Assembly (NCBI RefSeq): GCF_009914755.1
Contig: NC_060925.1
DNA: 64,000 nucleotides
Direction: 5' to 3' (one strand)
From: the human T2T-CHM13v2.0 reference genome, Homo sapiens
Shown here one piece after another: positions 44,038-64,000 of the stretch. Below the pieces are notes generated by a model that saw nothing but the letters and a program-made list of their open reading frames with translations, had not been told where the DNA came from and did not search any database. The position numbers and the translations under genes were made by a program. How positions within the stretch are numbered: position 1 is the first letter of the stretch; each line of letters starts with the position of its first letter.

Positions 44038-44613
44038 TCAAATATTAGCTATAAATAGAGATTGGAAGAATAAGTTAGTGCTGATTTTGGAAGCTACATA
44101 TTAATCAAGGGGTTTGGACTTTATTCTAAAGTTTGAGCTATTTAATGCCTTAAGCATGAGAGTGACTTACATCACATCTGTTTACCAGTGTACCGGCAAG
44201 GTAGGGAAAATAAGGGAAGGAAGCCTTCTATAAAGTGGCACTACTCCTTTGTGGGAGAGTGAAGGGGATATTCTCCCCTTCTTGTCCTCCCGCCTTCCCT
44301 CCTGCCTGAAGGCCTTTAATTCCTGCCTTTTTCAGAAAGGAGACTCATCTCTCCTGTCTGGTACTTGAGTCGTTTGAGGATGAGATGTCTGGACTTACCT
44401 ATGTTAAGGGAATCTCCTTGTGTCGTATTCCTTTCGCCCACCCTGCAAAATGGAAACCAAAACTCTTGACTGTCCACTAAAAGAAACTTCGCTCTTAACG
44501 GATTGTTAAGCAAGGCTTTGCTCACCACTAGAAGTCCTCAATGGATGAGGTCCCTGCCTCCATTTTAAGCTCTTAATTATGTTCTAATTCTGTGCTGAGA
44601 GTATCATATACAG

Positions 44614-44807
44614 CAAGCTTGTCCAGCCTATGGCCCGGGACGGCTTTGAATGTAGCCTAACGCAAATTCATAAACTTTCTTAAAACATTATGAGATTTTT
44701 CTGCAATTTTTTTTTAAGCTCATCGGCTGTCGTTAGTGTATTTTATGTGTGCCCCAAGGCAGTTATTCCAGTGTGGCCTAGGGAAGCCAAAAGATTGGAC
44801 ACCCTAG
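44614..44807 (-). mobile_element. MER30 (hAT-Charlie MITE)
   Basis: Ends caagcttgtcc / ttggacaccctag; internal ttcttaaaacattatgagatttt and gggaagccaaaagattggacacc. Confidence 0.85.
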
Positions 44808-45095
44808 AATTATACAGTATCTCATTTAATTCTCACAAACAACCCTGTGAAGCAATGATTATCCATGGTATACAGAGTGAGAAATGTATGTCTAGAAGTT
44901 AGGATAACCACAGAGTCCAAGAGATGGAGTTTAGACTGAAGTCTTTATGTTCCTCCTTAGCTGCCTGCTGGTCTTCTCTGTACCTAGGGTGGCCGCATGA
45001 TCAGCTTACACCAAAGTAGTTCCTGGCTTTGGTGTATAGGACTGGTACTCCTAGCTTGGTTTCCAGATTCCTGAAGTTTAAAAACTTGGATCCTG

Positions 45096-45498
<403 letters not shown>

Positions 45499-46744
45499 TT
45501 AATAGCATTGAGCAGACAGGCTGGAAACAGCTGTCTGAGACAGCAGCTGCTTAGTGGGAGAGGAGGAAGTGCACAACACTGCCTTAACTACCCGTTCTTT
45601 TGTTTCCTGGCCTAGAAAATAGGTCTGGCTCTTCAAGGCCCCTTAGGAGCACAAGCCTATGGGGGCACTGCACCCTAGTCCTATTGTAGCCTGATTGCTG
45701 CTCTCGGCTCCTAAGGAGGCTGCATTCAAGCAGGAGACTCAACCCTTTTTGGGAAGTAATGGGGAAGAATGTTCACGGACCTCTAGAATCCATTTTCCAG
45801 TCCCAGGACTGGAGGTCTTCCACTCTATTGTCTATTCTGGCTCTGAAGCTGAGGATGCAGTCTCATCTAGTGTTCTGCAAACTGTAGCACTCTCTGTTTT
45901 TTTGTTTGTTTCGAATGTACTTTCTGCTTTCGTATACAGCTCTCTTCTAAAAGGAGAGAGACATGTATCTGGAAGGGATGTGAATTTCATAGCCGTGCTG
46001 CTAAGGTTTAGCTTCTTAGCATTCCTTGATCACAGATTCACTAGCCTCTCACCAGTGACTGTACCTCTCATTCCTAGCCGGTACTGTGGTGATTGTCTTT
46101 GCATCTCAGGCAGGGAATGGGCCGATAGGAGTTCTCATGTACACAAGCTAACCCCATCCTTAGACCTTGGGGAGCTTCTTGCTTCAAGGAGGCCTTGTCA
46201 CTTTCAGGGCAAATTGGGGGTGGGGGCGGGGGTTGTCCAGGGACTCCTTAAAAAAGACAGCTTAGTTGAGATGTTTCTAGATAGAGTGTGAGGCACAGCC
46301 AGTCTATCAGCCCAGATTAATCAGCTAAATAGGGCACCTTGCCAGAAATTTGGGTACTATTTCTGATCTTAATATTGCATTAAGATGCCTGAATTGGCTG
46401 TTCCCCTGTCAACCTCTGGTGCCCACCTCAGGGTATCCAGTCTCTTTCTTCTAGGCACTGTGATGTGTGTGAAAACTTGAGATAGAAGAGTTTGGGTTCA
46501 GATACAGAGCTAATTATTCCCAGGGGTCTTCTAACTCCAGCAGCCTTCATGGTTCCTATTCATGGCCTAGCTTTAGGTATAAGATGGTTGCTCCTCAGGT
46601 CTCAGGCTCTCTGGGGTTGGAATGTAGCAAACAAATTCTGCATCTGCCTTTGAAAAAGAGAAATATCTTATGCTCTGATGTGATTCTTTCTAAGCTTCTC
46701 TCTAGAAATCAGTACAAATGTCTCCTTTCATTATTTTTAAAAAT

Positions 46745-47100
46745 ACATTCACTATTATACATTAGAACACCTACTATGTGCTAGACACTGGGGATCCAGT
46801 GGCCGGTGAACAATATAAAATGGTCCTTGGCTTCATGGAGCTTATAGTCTATTTGTGGAAACAGATACTAAACAGATAATCTCATAAATAACATAATTTC
46901 AATTGTGTTAAGTTCTACAAAGAAAAGAACAGGGTGCAATGAGGGTATACAACCTAATACTGTGGTTTTCCTTGAGGAAATGATGTTTAAGCCAACATAT
47001 AAAGGAGGACTTAGCTAGGCAGAGGGCTTGGGGAAAGGACATAGAGCAGCACATTATAGGCAGAGGATAGGACTGAAGCAAGTTGAAGCCGAGGTACGAA
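46745..47100 (-). mobile_element. L2 fragment
   Basis: cattcac...cacctactatgtgctagacactgggga...tcatggagcttatagtcta. Confidence 0.75.
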
Positions 47101-47107
47101 TCTGGAC

Positions 47108-49480
<2,373 letters not shown>

Positions 49481-50091
49481 AAAGAAGAAGAAGAAGAAGG
49501 AGCATTGCTATAGGTTTTAGCATGAGATCAAGCCCCTTCCCTGTGCCGCAGATTTAAGATGCGTCTCCTCTAGTCCACCCTGAGTATTTGGTGCTGGGAT
49601 GAATCCTTCATAACATCCATCGCCCCTTGAGCCTAACATTGAGTTACCAATAATAGTGATAATAAGATGCCTATTTTCTGATTTCCATTCTTCAAAAGAC
49701 TTTAAAGATTTTTGTTCATCTTTTTCACATTTCTAGGACAGCAGAAAGCATTTTTCCCTTTGTTTATAGAGGCTTCAAAGCTTGGATAGGCCCCCCAAAG
49801 GTTTTGTTGATTCTTCCCTGGATCCACTCAGCTGAGATATGGCCAAGGACAGGAGATATTGAGCGTGAGACTGCATTTTCATTACCAGACAGACAGTAAA
49901 AAGAGAATTCATAGGCTGTGGACTTCTGTTTTCTACCCATCTGTGTACCCAAGAAACTTGTGTACTGAATGAAACAAGTAGAGTTGTGCTGTGGGATGGG
50001 GCAATTGTGAGGGAAGCATCCTGGTCAGGTGGGAGGCTGGGAAGCCCCCTAATAGGGAGCTTTCTTAATTTTCTACCTTGTGTCTTTGCAG

Positions 50092-50785
50092 CTATCAGAG
50101 GACTCCTGAAACCTGGAGAGCTACCTGCTGTATAAAGGCTGGCCTGAGGGCATTTGCTGAACACAGAGAAACCCAGGAGAGGAGATCAGCAGTTTTCTTT
50201 CACTCTACTTGATCTGTCAGATTTACCCACAGAAAGCCAGTCAGGATCCCTTAAGAGTCTTTAGGCCCAGAATGGAGTCCTCAGGGCTGCAGGGGACTGT
50301 GGTGCTAACAATTAAACTGTTCAAGACTTTAAAGAGTTGAAGGGGACTAATGGGTATCCCTAGCATGGCCTCCTAGATGGGAATTAACTGGCAACTCCTA
50401 CTGTGCCATTCCCAGTATGTGTGCTTCCCTTTAGCCTCCCATAGAATTGGCTGAAACACCCTACCACCGTTTTCTGTTTCCCCACTACCACACCTGTGTT
50501 ATGGGTGTCAGCCTGTGAGTCCTTGAACCCTTCCAGAGGGCTCCCAAGGGAGGGTGATCACTGCCCTTCCATAAAAGGCTGAGGAAAGCCAAGTGAGAAG
50601 ATTCAATTAATTTGGGCAAGTTATTTAACATCTGAACCTGTTTTTCTCTTCATTGTTTATTACTTACCTTGTCCAAAAAGGTCATAAAGGGTAGGGCTTT
50701 TTCTGTTCCACCTCTGTACTATATTTCTCCCCAACAAATATCTGCCCCTGAGGACCTCAATAAAGGTTTGGTCAAGTGATGAATG
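50092..50785 (+). other. Candidate distal non-coding terminal exon (possibly KHDRBS1)
   Basis: cttaat branch, ttctaccttgtgtctttgcag| acceptor at 50091; AATAAA at 50759-50764. Confidence 0.5.
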
Positions 50786-51460
50786 GTCCCACTCTGGTAG
50801 CTTCTATCAGCTTTGGGAGAGAGCCAAAGCCCCCTTGTTTAGCTCTCACTTTCCTTCCAGCTATACTAGGCCAGCTATTTGTTCTGCCATTTTCCCTTGA
50901 AGGATTGGAAAGTCAGCCTTTGATAGGCTTCTGGTTTCCTCTGGCCTATTTCTAGGTTGATTTATACTCAGCTTCCTGAGAGGCTAGGGACCTCTGATAC
51001 TGTACTCTTCCCTAATGCCTTCTGGTTATTTATCCTAACAAAGGAACAAGGGGAAGGACTGAGTTTAGGGAGAGAATAGAGCCTATCTGCATTTTAACTG
51101 TGCCTGGGGCATTCTAGTGAGCTTGGATTCATCCTTAGCAGGAACAGAAGTATAATGGAAAGGGATTCCTTAAAGTCAGTTGATTTACACTGGGCAAGCT
51201 ATTTAATCTCTGAGCCTGTTTCTGTCATCATTGTTGATTACTGTAAATAACAGCTAATAATTTACTGATTTCTTAGTATGTACCAGGAAAATAAGAAAAA
51301 CTGAGACTCAAGGAGGATAAAAAATTTGCCTATGGTTAGAAAAAGACTTCATGGTCTATACTATCAGACTTCATGGCCTATTCTTTTGACCTGTTTGTAC
51401 CTCTCACAGCCACAAGTGCTTTGAAATATTAAAGCATTATGTTTGCATGAGGGGTTCGTC

Positions 51461-51570
51461 TAGGATGACAGATCATCTAGGTTTACCCAAGAGAGAGTTT
51501 CTGGGATATGGGACTATCCAGTGCTAAAACTAGAAAAGTCACAGGCCAGCCTCGATGAGTTTGTCACCCT
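51461..51570. mobile_element. MER81-like hAT-Blackjack MITE
   Basis: Imperfect TIRs taggatgaca / tgtcaccct; internal gggacta..cagtgctaaaactagaaaagtc. Confidence 0.65.
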
Positions 51571-51852
51571 GTTGTTTACATTGGATGCTCTGAGTCCAGG
51601 GCTGACAAGGGAGGAGTTTGGGGTGGGGAATTAGGGAATCAGATGGCATCTTCATCATATATAAATGGAGGCACAGAACCTGAGTCACTGACTGAGGAGC
51701 TGGTGTTAGGTTCCTAGATCGCTATACCTTCAGTCTGCTAGGATTTCTACTCGGGAGCCACAGAATTTTATAGGAAAGCTTACAGGGCTGAAGCCAAACA
51801 GATCTGAATTCAAATCCCAGCTCATCATTTGCATATTTCCAGAGCTTGTTTT

Positions 51853-51886
<34 letters not shown>

Positions 51887-51946
51887 TTAAGAAGAGCTGT
51901 AGGGCCTGTTTACTCCATCAAAGTAGGATAAGAATTGCTACCTACT

Positions 51947-52243
51947 GGCCAGGTGCGGTGGCTCACGCCTGTAATCCTAGCACTTTGGGAGGCCGAGGTG
52001 GGCAGATCACGAGGTCAGGAGATCGAGACCATCCTGGCTAACATGGTGAAACCGCATCTCTACTAAAAATACAAAAAATTAGCCGGGCGTGGTGGTGGGC
52101 GCCCCTAGTCCCAGCTACTCAGGAGGCCGAGGCAGGAGAATGGTGTGAACCCAGGAGGCGGAGCTTGCAGTGAGCCGAGATCGCGCCATTGCACTCCAGC
52201 CTGGACCACAGAGCAAGACTCCATCTCAAAAAAAAAAAAAAAG
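51947..52243 (+). mobile_element. AluY within a MIR
   Basis: TSD aagaattgctac. Confidence 0.92.
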
Positions 52244-54164
52244 AATTGCTACGTACTGAATGGGATCTGAGAAGCAAATGATGTGTTTGAAATGCCTGGC
52301 ATGGGGTCTAGACACAATACTGCTCAACCTTTAAGTTTCCTTCCTCCTTTTTTCCCAGGCTTGTGGGTCTTATCCAGTCCTGTCACCTGTCACAGTCTTC
52401 GTCCTCCTCCTGTTACCACTTATGGCCCTTGGGATCTTCCTTTGAGAGCCCTGACTTGTTGGGCTTGGCCCACCCACCCAGCTGCCCTGTATGTCAGTCA
52501 CCTCCCCTGTAAGCTGAGAAGGGATGACATCAGCCTTTCCCTCTTCCCCCCTCCCAAGCCTCTAGGCTGTTTTGAGCCATAAATATTTTAGCTGGGCCTT
52601 TCTCTGGCTGTTGCCAAGGTGATGGGCTCTCAGGGGACTGGGGTGGGAGTGTGGAGGTAGGGCTGGCAGCCTGGGGCCTGGCAGCAGAGCTGGCCCTGGA
52701 GGAGTGGGTATGAGGCCTGGCCAAGAGCCAATGCTTGCAGCTTGACAAGCAGGCTGTTGCTCTACCTGCTTGCCTTCCCTTTCCTCAGCCCCTCAGAGCC
52801 ACTCCTATTGCCTACAGGCCCACTTCTGCCCTTGGCTGCTGCTCTTCGACCTCAGGTAAATTGTTCAATGTCCCTAGGCTTTCATTTTAACATTCGTAAC
52901 AAAAATCCAAGAAAGCAAAGGAGGTTTTGTAAAAATGCTGTAAGATGCCAGGCTAGTGAATCATGATTGGAGAAGCTAGGTCCCACTGCCCTTTCTGATA
53001 GACCTAAAGGCTGAGGTCTTGATGCCATGTGGATGTCACCCTAAAGACAGCTCTTAGATATGCCACTCTCTCCCCTTCCTCCTTCCCCACGATGCACCCC
53101 CTGCTCTTTAGAAATTTTCTAAAGTTCCCGGGCCAGCTAGATGACCTGGCCTGCCATGGGGTAGCCCAGGAAGGAGTTGGGCCTGGTGGCTTATGAGCAG
53201 AGTTGAGAGTCTCTTTTGCTTGAGATACAGAAATTCAGGTCCCTAAACTAGATCTGGCCCTCATCCTTACCCACCTCACCTCTTTCCTGGTGACCTTACA
53301 TCTGGCTAGCTGCTAAATTCTAGGTTGTGGCAGCATGCCCCACCCCCTCTCCTTGGGATGGGTCTAAGAAGGCCCATAGAGGAGGCACTGGGATCCATTC
53401 CCTACCCTACCATTGAGAATCGCTGCAGTTGTATCCAGGATTCCACATCTTATGCCCAGCTTAATTTCTCTGTTGTACTTGGAGTTGAGATTCCTTTGTA
53501 TCAGGCTCTCTCTGGTGGTTAAGATGTGCATTACAGAAAAATAAGATAAATGAGAGACTGAATTTCAGGCCACCCTGAGAGGTGGGGATAGTTTACACTA
53601 AGGAAAAGAATCTGTGTCTCCAACTCCTAATAACATCTGCTCCATTTGTCACAGGATATCTCTCCCATGTGTTTGCTTCTCTCCATTAATCCTCACAACA
53701 TAGTAATTTTCCTAATTGTACAGATGAAACAGGCTTAGAGAGTTGAAATCAAGTCCAAATTCTTTACTGTGTGTAACATTCAGGATCATCAAGTGATCTG
53801 AATTGAACCTATTTTTCCAACCTCATCTTCAGTTATTCTCAAGCCAAACTAGACTCACCCTTCTGGAACATAGCCTACTTTACAGTTCTCTCTATCTTAA
53901 TTACCTTAAATACATTACCTGCCAAAATCTTATCTCTTTTTAAACTAAAGAAATGTGACATTTTCTGGGTTTTCTATAGTTTACATATATTTGTAATATA
54001 AGATGTGGGAAGACAAATGTCTGGATAAGAATGGGGGTAGGGGGATTGCCTGACAGGTGGGAGGTTGTGTGGGGAGACTAATGTATACATGGAGTGAGAA
54101 TGGCCCAGGAAACTGGAAGAACATGAAGACACCTGGATTCTCTGGTATTGAAAATCAGATGTAA

Positions 54165-56510
<2,346 letters not shown>

Positions 56511-56949
56511 AAAAACAGGACAGATTGCCAGCTTTTGGCCACAGTCCCAAAATAACATGACCAAAGAAGAGATCTCAGCTTCCAGTACCCAGTGACAGGA
56601 CTGGCTTAGAGCCAGTGGCATTTCCTCAAAAACTTAAGACTCCTCGAAGGGCCAATAGATAGCAAGTTTATCAGGAAATGAAGGCTCAGGGAGGGGAAGT
56701 GAGGGTTTCAAAGTTACGAAACAGCTGAGACTTGTGGCCACAGGTCTGGAAGACAAGGTCCTAGCCAAAATCCTGCCGTCTTACTATTTTCTCCAGAGAT
56801 TGGTAATGATCGTATGTGGGATATAAAAATATTTTTTACAAAAGAAAAGATAAATATTTTTTCCAGGGAAACTGTAAGAGGCAGATTTGAAAAGGACAAA
56901 AACCCTAGGTGTTTCAGGTAGATTCTATGATAGAATTGTAGATTCTAGA

Positions 56950-59230
<2,281 letters not shown>

Positions 59231-59304
59231 GGTGGGCTGGAGCCACAGGTAATAGGTGGGTCACATTCATGGCAGTCCATACAAGTGGACTTACCTCCCC
59301 CGCT

Positions 59305-62150
<2,846 letters not shown>

Positions 62151-62519
62151 AAACTGCTTGTAGGTCTTGTGAGGGAAGAATCCTAATGACAATAAATGTA
62201 GCTCATTTAGTCAATGCTTCTCCAAACATCGTGATGGCTAATACTAAAACAGACTCAGTTCTGCATGCTCTATTTCATTTAACCCTCACCGAAACCTACA
62301 CGGTGACCATCAGCAGCCTCATCGTAAAGCATAAAAAAACAAGATTGCAAGGCTGGGAAATGGCAGTCAGGATCTGAACCACGGTGTTGACAATGAGAAC
62401 GGTGAGTAACGTCAAATGTGAGAAATATTTAGGACTTAGGCTCACAAAGACTAAGGCAAAGATCGGATGTGGGGGCCGAGGGAGGGAGGAAATGACTCCT
62501 GGATTTTGACTGGGGTGGA

Positions 62520-63400
62520 CTAAAGCGCAGTGAGGCCTAAGAGAAGGATGAAGCGCAACGTGGGGCTGGGCTGGAGGTGCCTGCGGACCGGTCAGGGATA
62601 TGGTCCACCCCTAGGGGAGCGGAGAGGCGGCTCCGCACCCTCCTCCGGTCGCCGCCGCCCCGGTCCAGGAGATGCTGAGAGAAGACACGCACGGGAAGAG
62701 CAGGAGGTGGGTTCCGTTCCCCTCCCTCTTGAGTCTCTTCACCAGCAGCTGCAGGAAGGGCGTGGGGGACCGAGAGACAAAGAGCGCGCAGGCACCGCCT
62801 CCGTCCGGGCGGCCCCTTTAAGAAGCGCGCGCCAGCTTCCAGCCCGCCTTGTATGCAAATGTAGCGGCGCGGCGGGAGCGCGCGGCTGATACCCGGGACT
62901 GGGCTGCGGCGGTTAGTCCTCTCCCGGCCGCCGTCGCCTCCGACATATTGCCCGCAGGAGCTGCGGCGGCGAAGCGGAGAGCACCGGGGGGAGGAGATGG
63001 GTGAGCAGAGCGGCTCAGGCTCGGCCTGGCAACGAGCGGGCGCACGGGTTAGGATGGCCAGGCTGCTAATTGCTGCTCCACGCGGACAGGAGCCCGGTGA
63101 CGGGAGGGGGAGGGGATGCGAGCGCAGACGGGATCCCGCCCCCTCCTGTCGTTTTGCGGGGTGGGGCCTCTGTTGTGGGGGCGGGACATTGGACGGTGGG
63201 CGGGGCTTCTAAGACGAAGCCCTGTGGGGGCTTGGGCTTTCGTGAGGACCAGCTCGTCGGGGCTAGAAAGGGGGGCGGGACTTACCAGTGGGCGTGGCTT
63301 CAGCGCTAAGGGTGGAGATTCTGGGCAGGGGGCGCTAGTGCAGTCGGCGTTTCTGGGTTGGAGGGGTTACACTGGGGGCGGTGGAGCGGGGAGACTTCCG
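62520..63400. promoter_or_regulatory. TMEM39B: CpG island / promoter of the next gene (likely TMEM39B)
   Basis: CpG-dense block with GC boxes and octamer ATGCAAAT at 62853-62860. Confidence 0.85.
62997..63000 (+). CDS. TMEM39B: First coding segment (ATG+G) of the downstream gene, likely TMEM39B exon 1 (exon about 62870-63000)
   Basis: gagATGG in strong Kozak context immediately followed by donor gtgagc. Identity comes from recalled KHDRBS1-TMEM39B adjacency and an MG- N-terminus; the rest of the gene is outside the window. Confidence 0.75.
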
Positions 63401-63419
63401 ACTGAGGGAGCCCATTCTG

Positions 63420-63675
63420 GAGTGGGGCTTCTGGGCTGAGAGGGCTTTTATTGGCTTGTGGGCGGGGTTTCTGGGCTGACAGTTGTGTGTAGGCGGAGCT
63501 TCTGGGCTGAGGGGCTTTATGTGGGTGCAGAGCTTCTAAAGAGAGGAGAGTGGGTGTGGGCAGAGCTTCTGGACTGGACTAAGGGTGTTTGTGTGGGATT
63601 TTCTAAGCCAAGTATAACAGCGTATGAACAGAGCTTCTGGTCTGGGGGTTTATGGAGGGCAGAGCTCTTCGCCAG
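63420..63675. repeat. Degenerate ~33-bp tandem array, core GGGCRGRGCTTCTGG
   Basis: YTTCT-like core at 63428, 63468, 63499, 63533, 63566, 63600, 63634 and about 63665. Confidence 0.6.
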
Positions 63676-63849
63676 GTACTTTTTAGAGACTTGTGGAGGT
63701 TTATAATTTTGGGCATACATCCAAGCCCAAAATTGGCTCCGAAGTGTGGGAAACGCTTCCGAGCTGAGATGCTACGGCGTGGGGTGTATGTGAATGGAGG
63801 CTGCTGTGTTACTGTGAAGAGGTATGAACAGGTTATAACTTTTTAAAAA

Positions 63850-63995
63850 TATGTATATGTATGTATATATATTTTTTAATAGAGACCGGGTTTCGCCATG
63901 TTGCCCAGGCTGGTCTCCAACTCCTGGTCTCAAGCGATCCTCCCGCCTCGGCCTCACAAATTGCTGAGATTACAGTCGTGAGCCACCACACCCAG
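63850..63995 (-). mobile_element. Alu left monomer / FLAM
   Basis: agagaccgggtttcgccatgttgcccaggctggtc...gtgagccaccacaccc. Confidence 0.85.
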
Positions 63996-64000
63996 TCAGG

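Noticed and set aside
63420-63675. CRISPR-like repeat-spacer appearance
   Set aside because: Mammalian intron, short and degenerate repeats, no cas genes; kept only as a degenerate array

Overview
Primate genomic DNA, almost certainly human and very Alu-dense. It holds the complete + strand KHDRBS1 (Sam68) gene: a CpG-island promoter and 9 coding exons with canonical GT-AG sites that join into a 1332-nt CDS (443 aa), followed by an AU-rich 3' UTR with tandem poly(A) signals. A repeat-rich interval (Alu, L1, L2, MIR, MLT1, hAT MERs) follows. A second CpG island near the end carries a first exon ending ATG-G|gtgag, most likely TMEM39B (from recalled synteny, not provable from 4 coding nt). Almost all other ORFs in the track are Alu- or GC-driven artefacts. 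I found no convincing new biological system. The most interesting signals are regulatory: (1) a candidate downstream exon at 35259-35318 plus a distal terminal exon at about 50092-50785 that would give an NLS-less or NMD-targeted Sam68 isoform, flanked by Sam68-type U(U/A)AA motifs; (2) three weak-context AUGs followed by a strong-context internal Met97 that matches the start of the SLM1/SLM2 paralogues; (3) hairpins and an inverted Alu pair around the skippable KH exon 3; (4) a degenerate ~33-bp array in the first intron of the second gene. Repeat coordinates are approximate and were read by eye.
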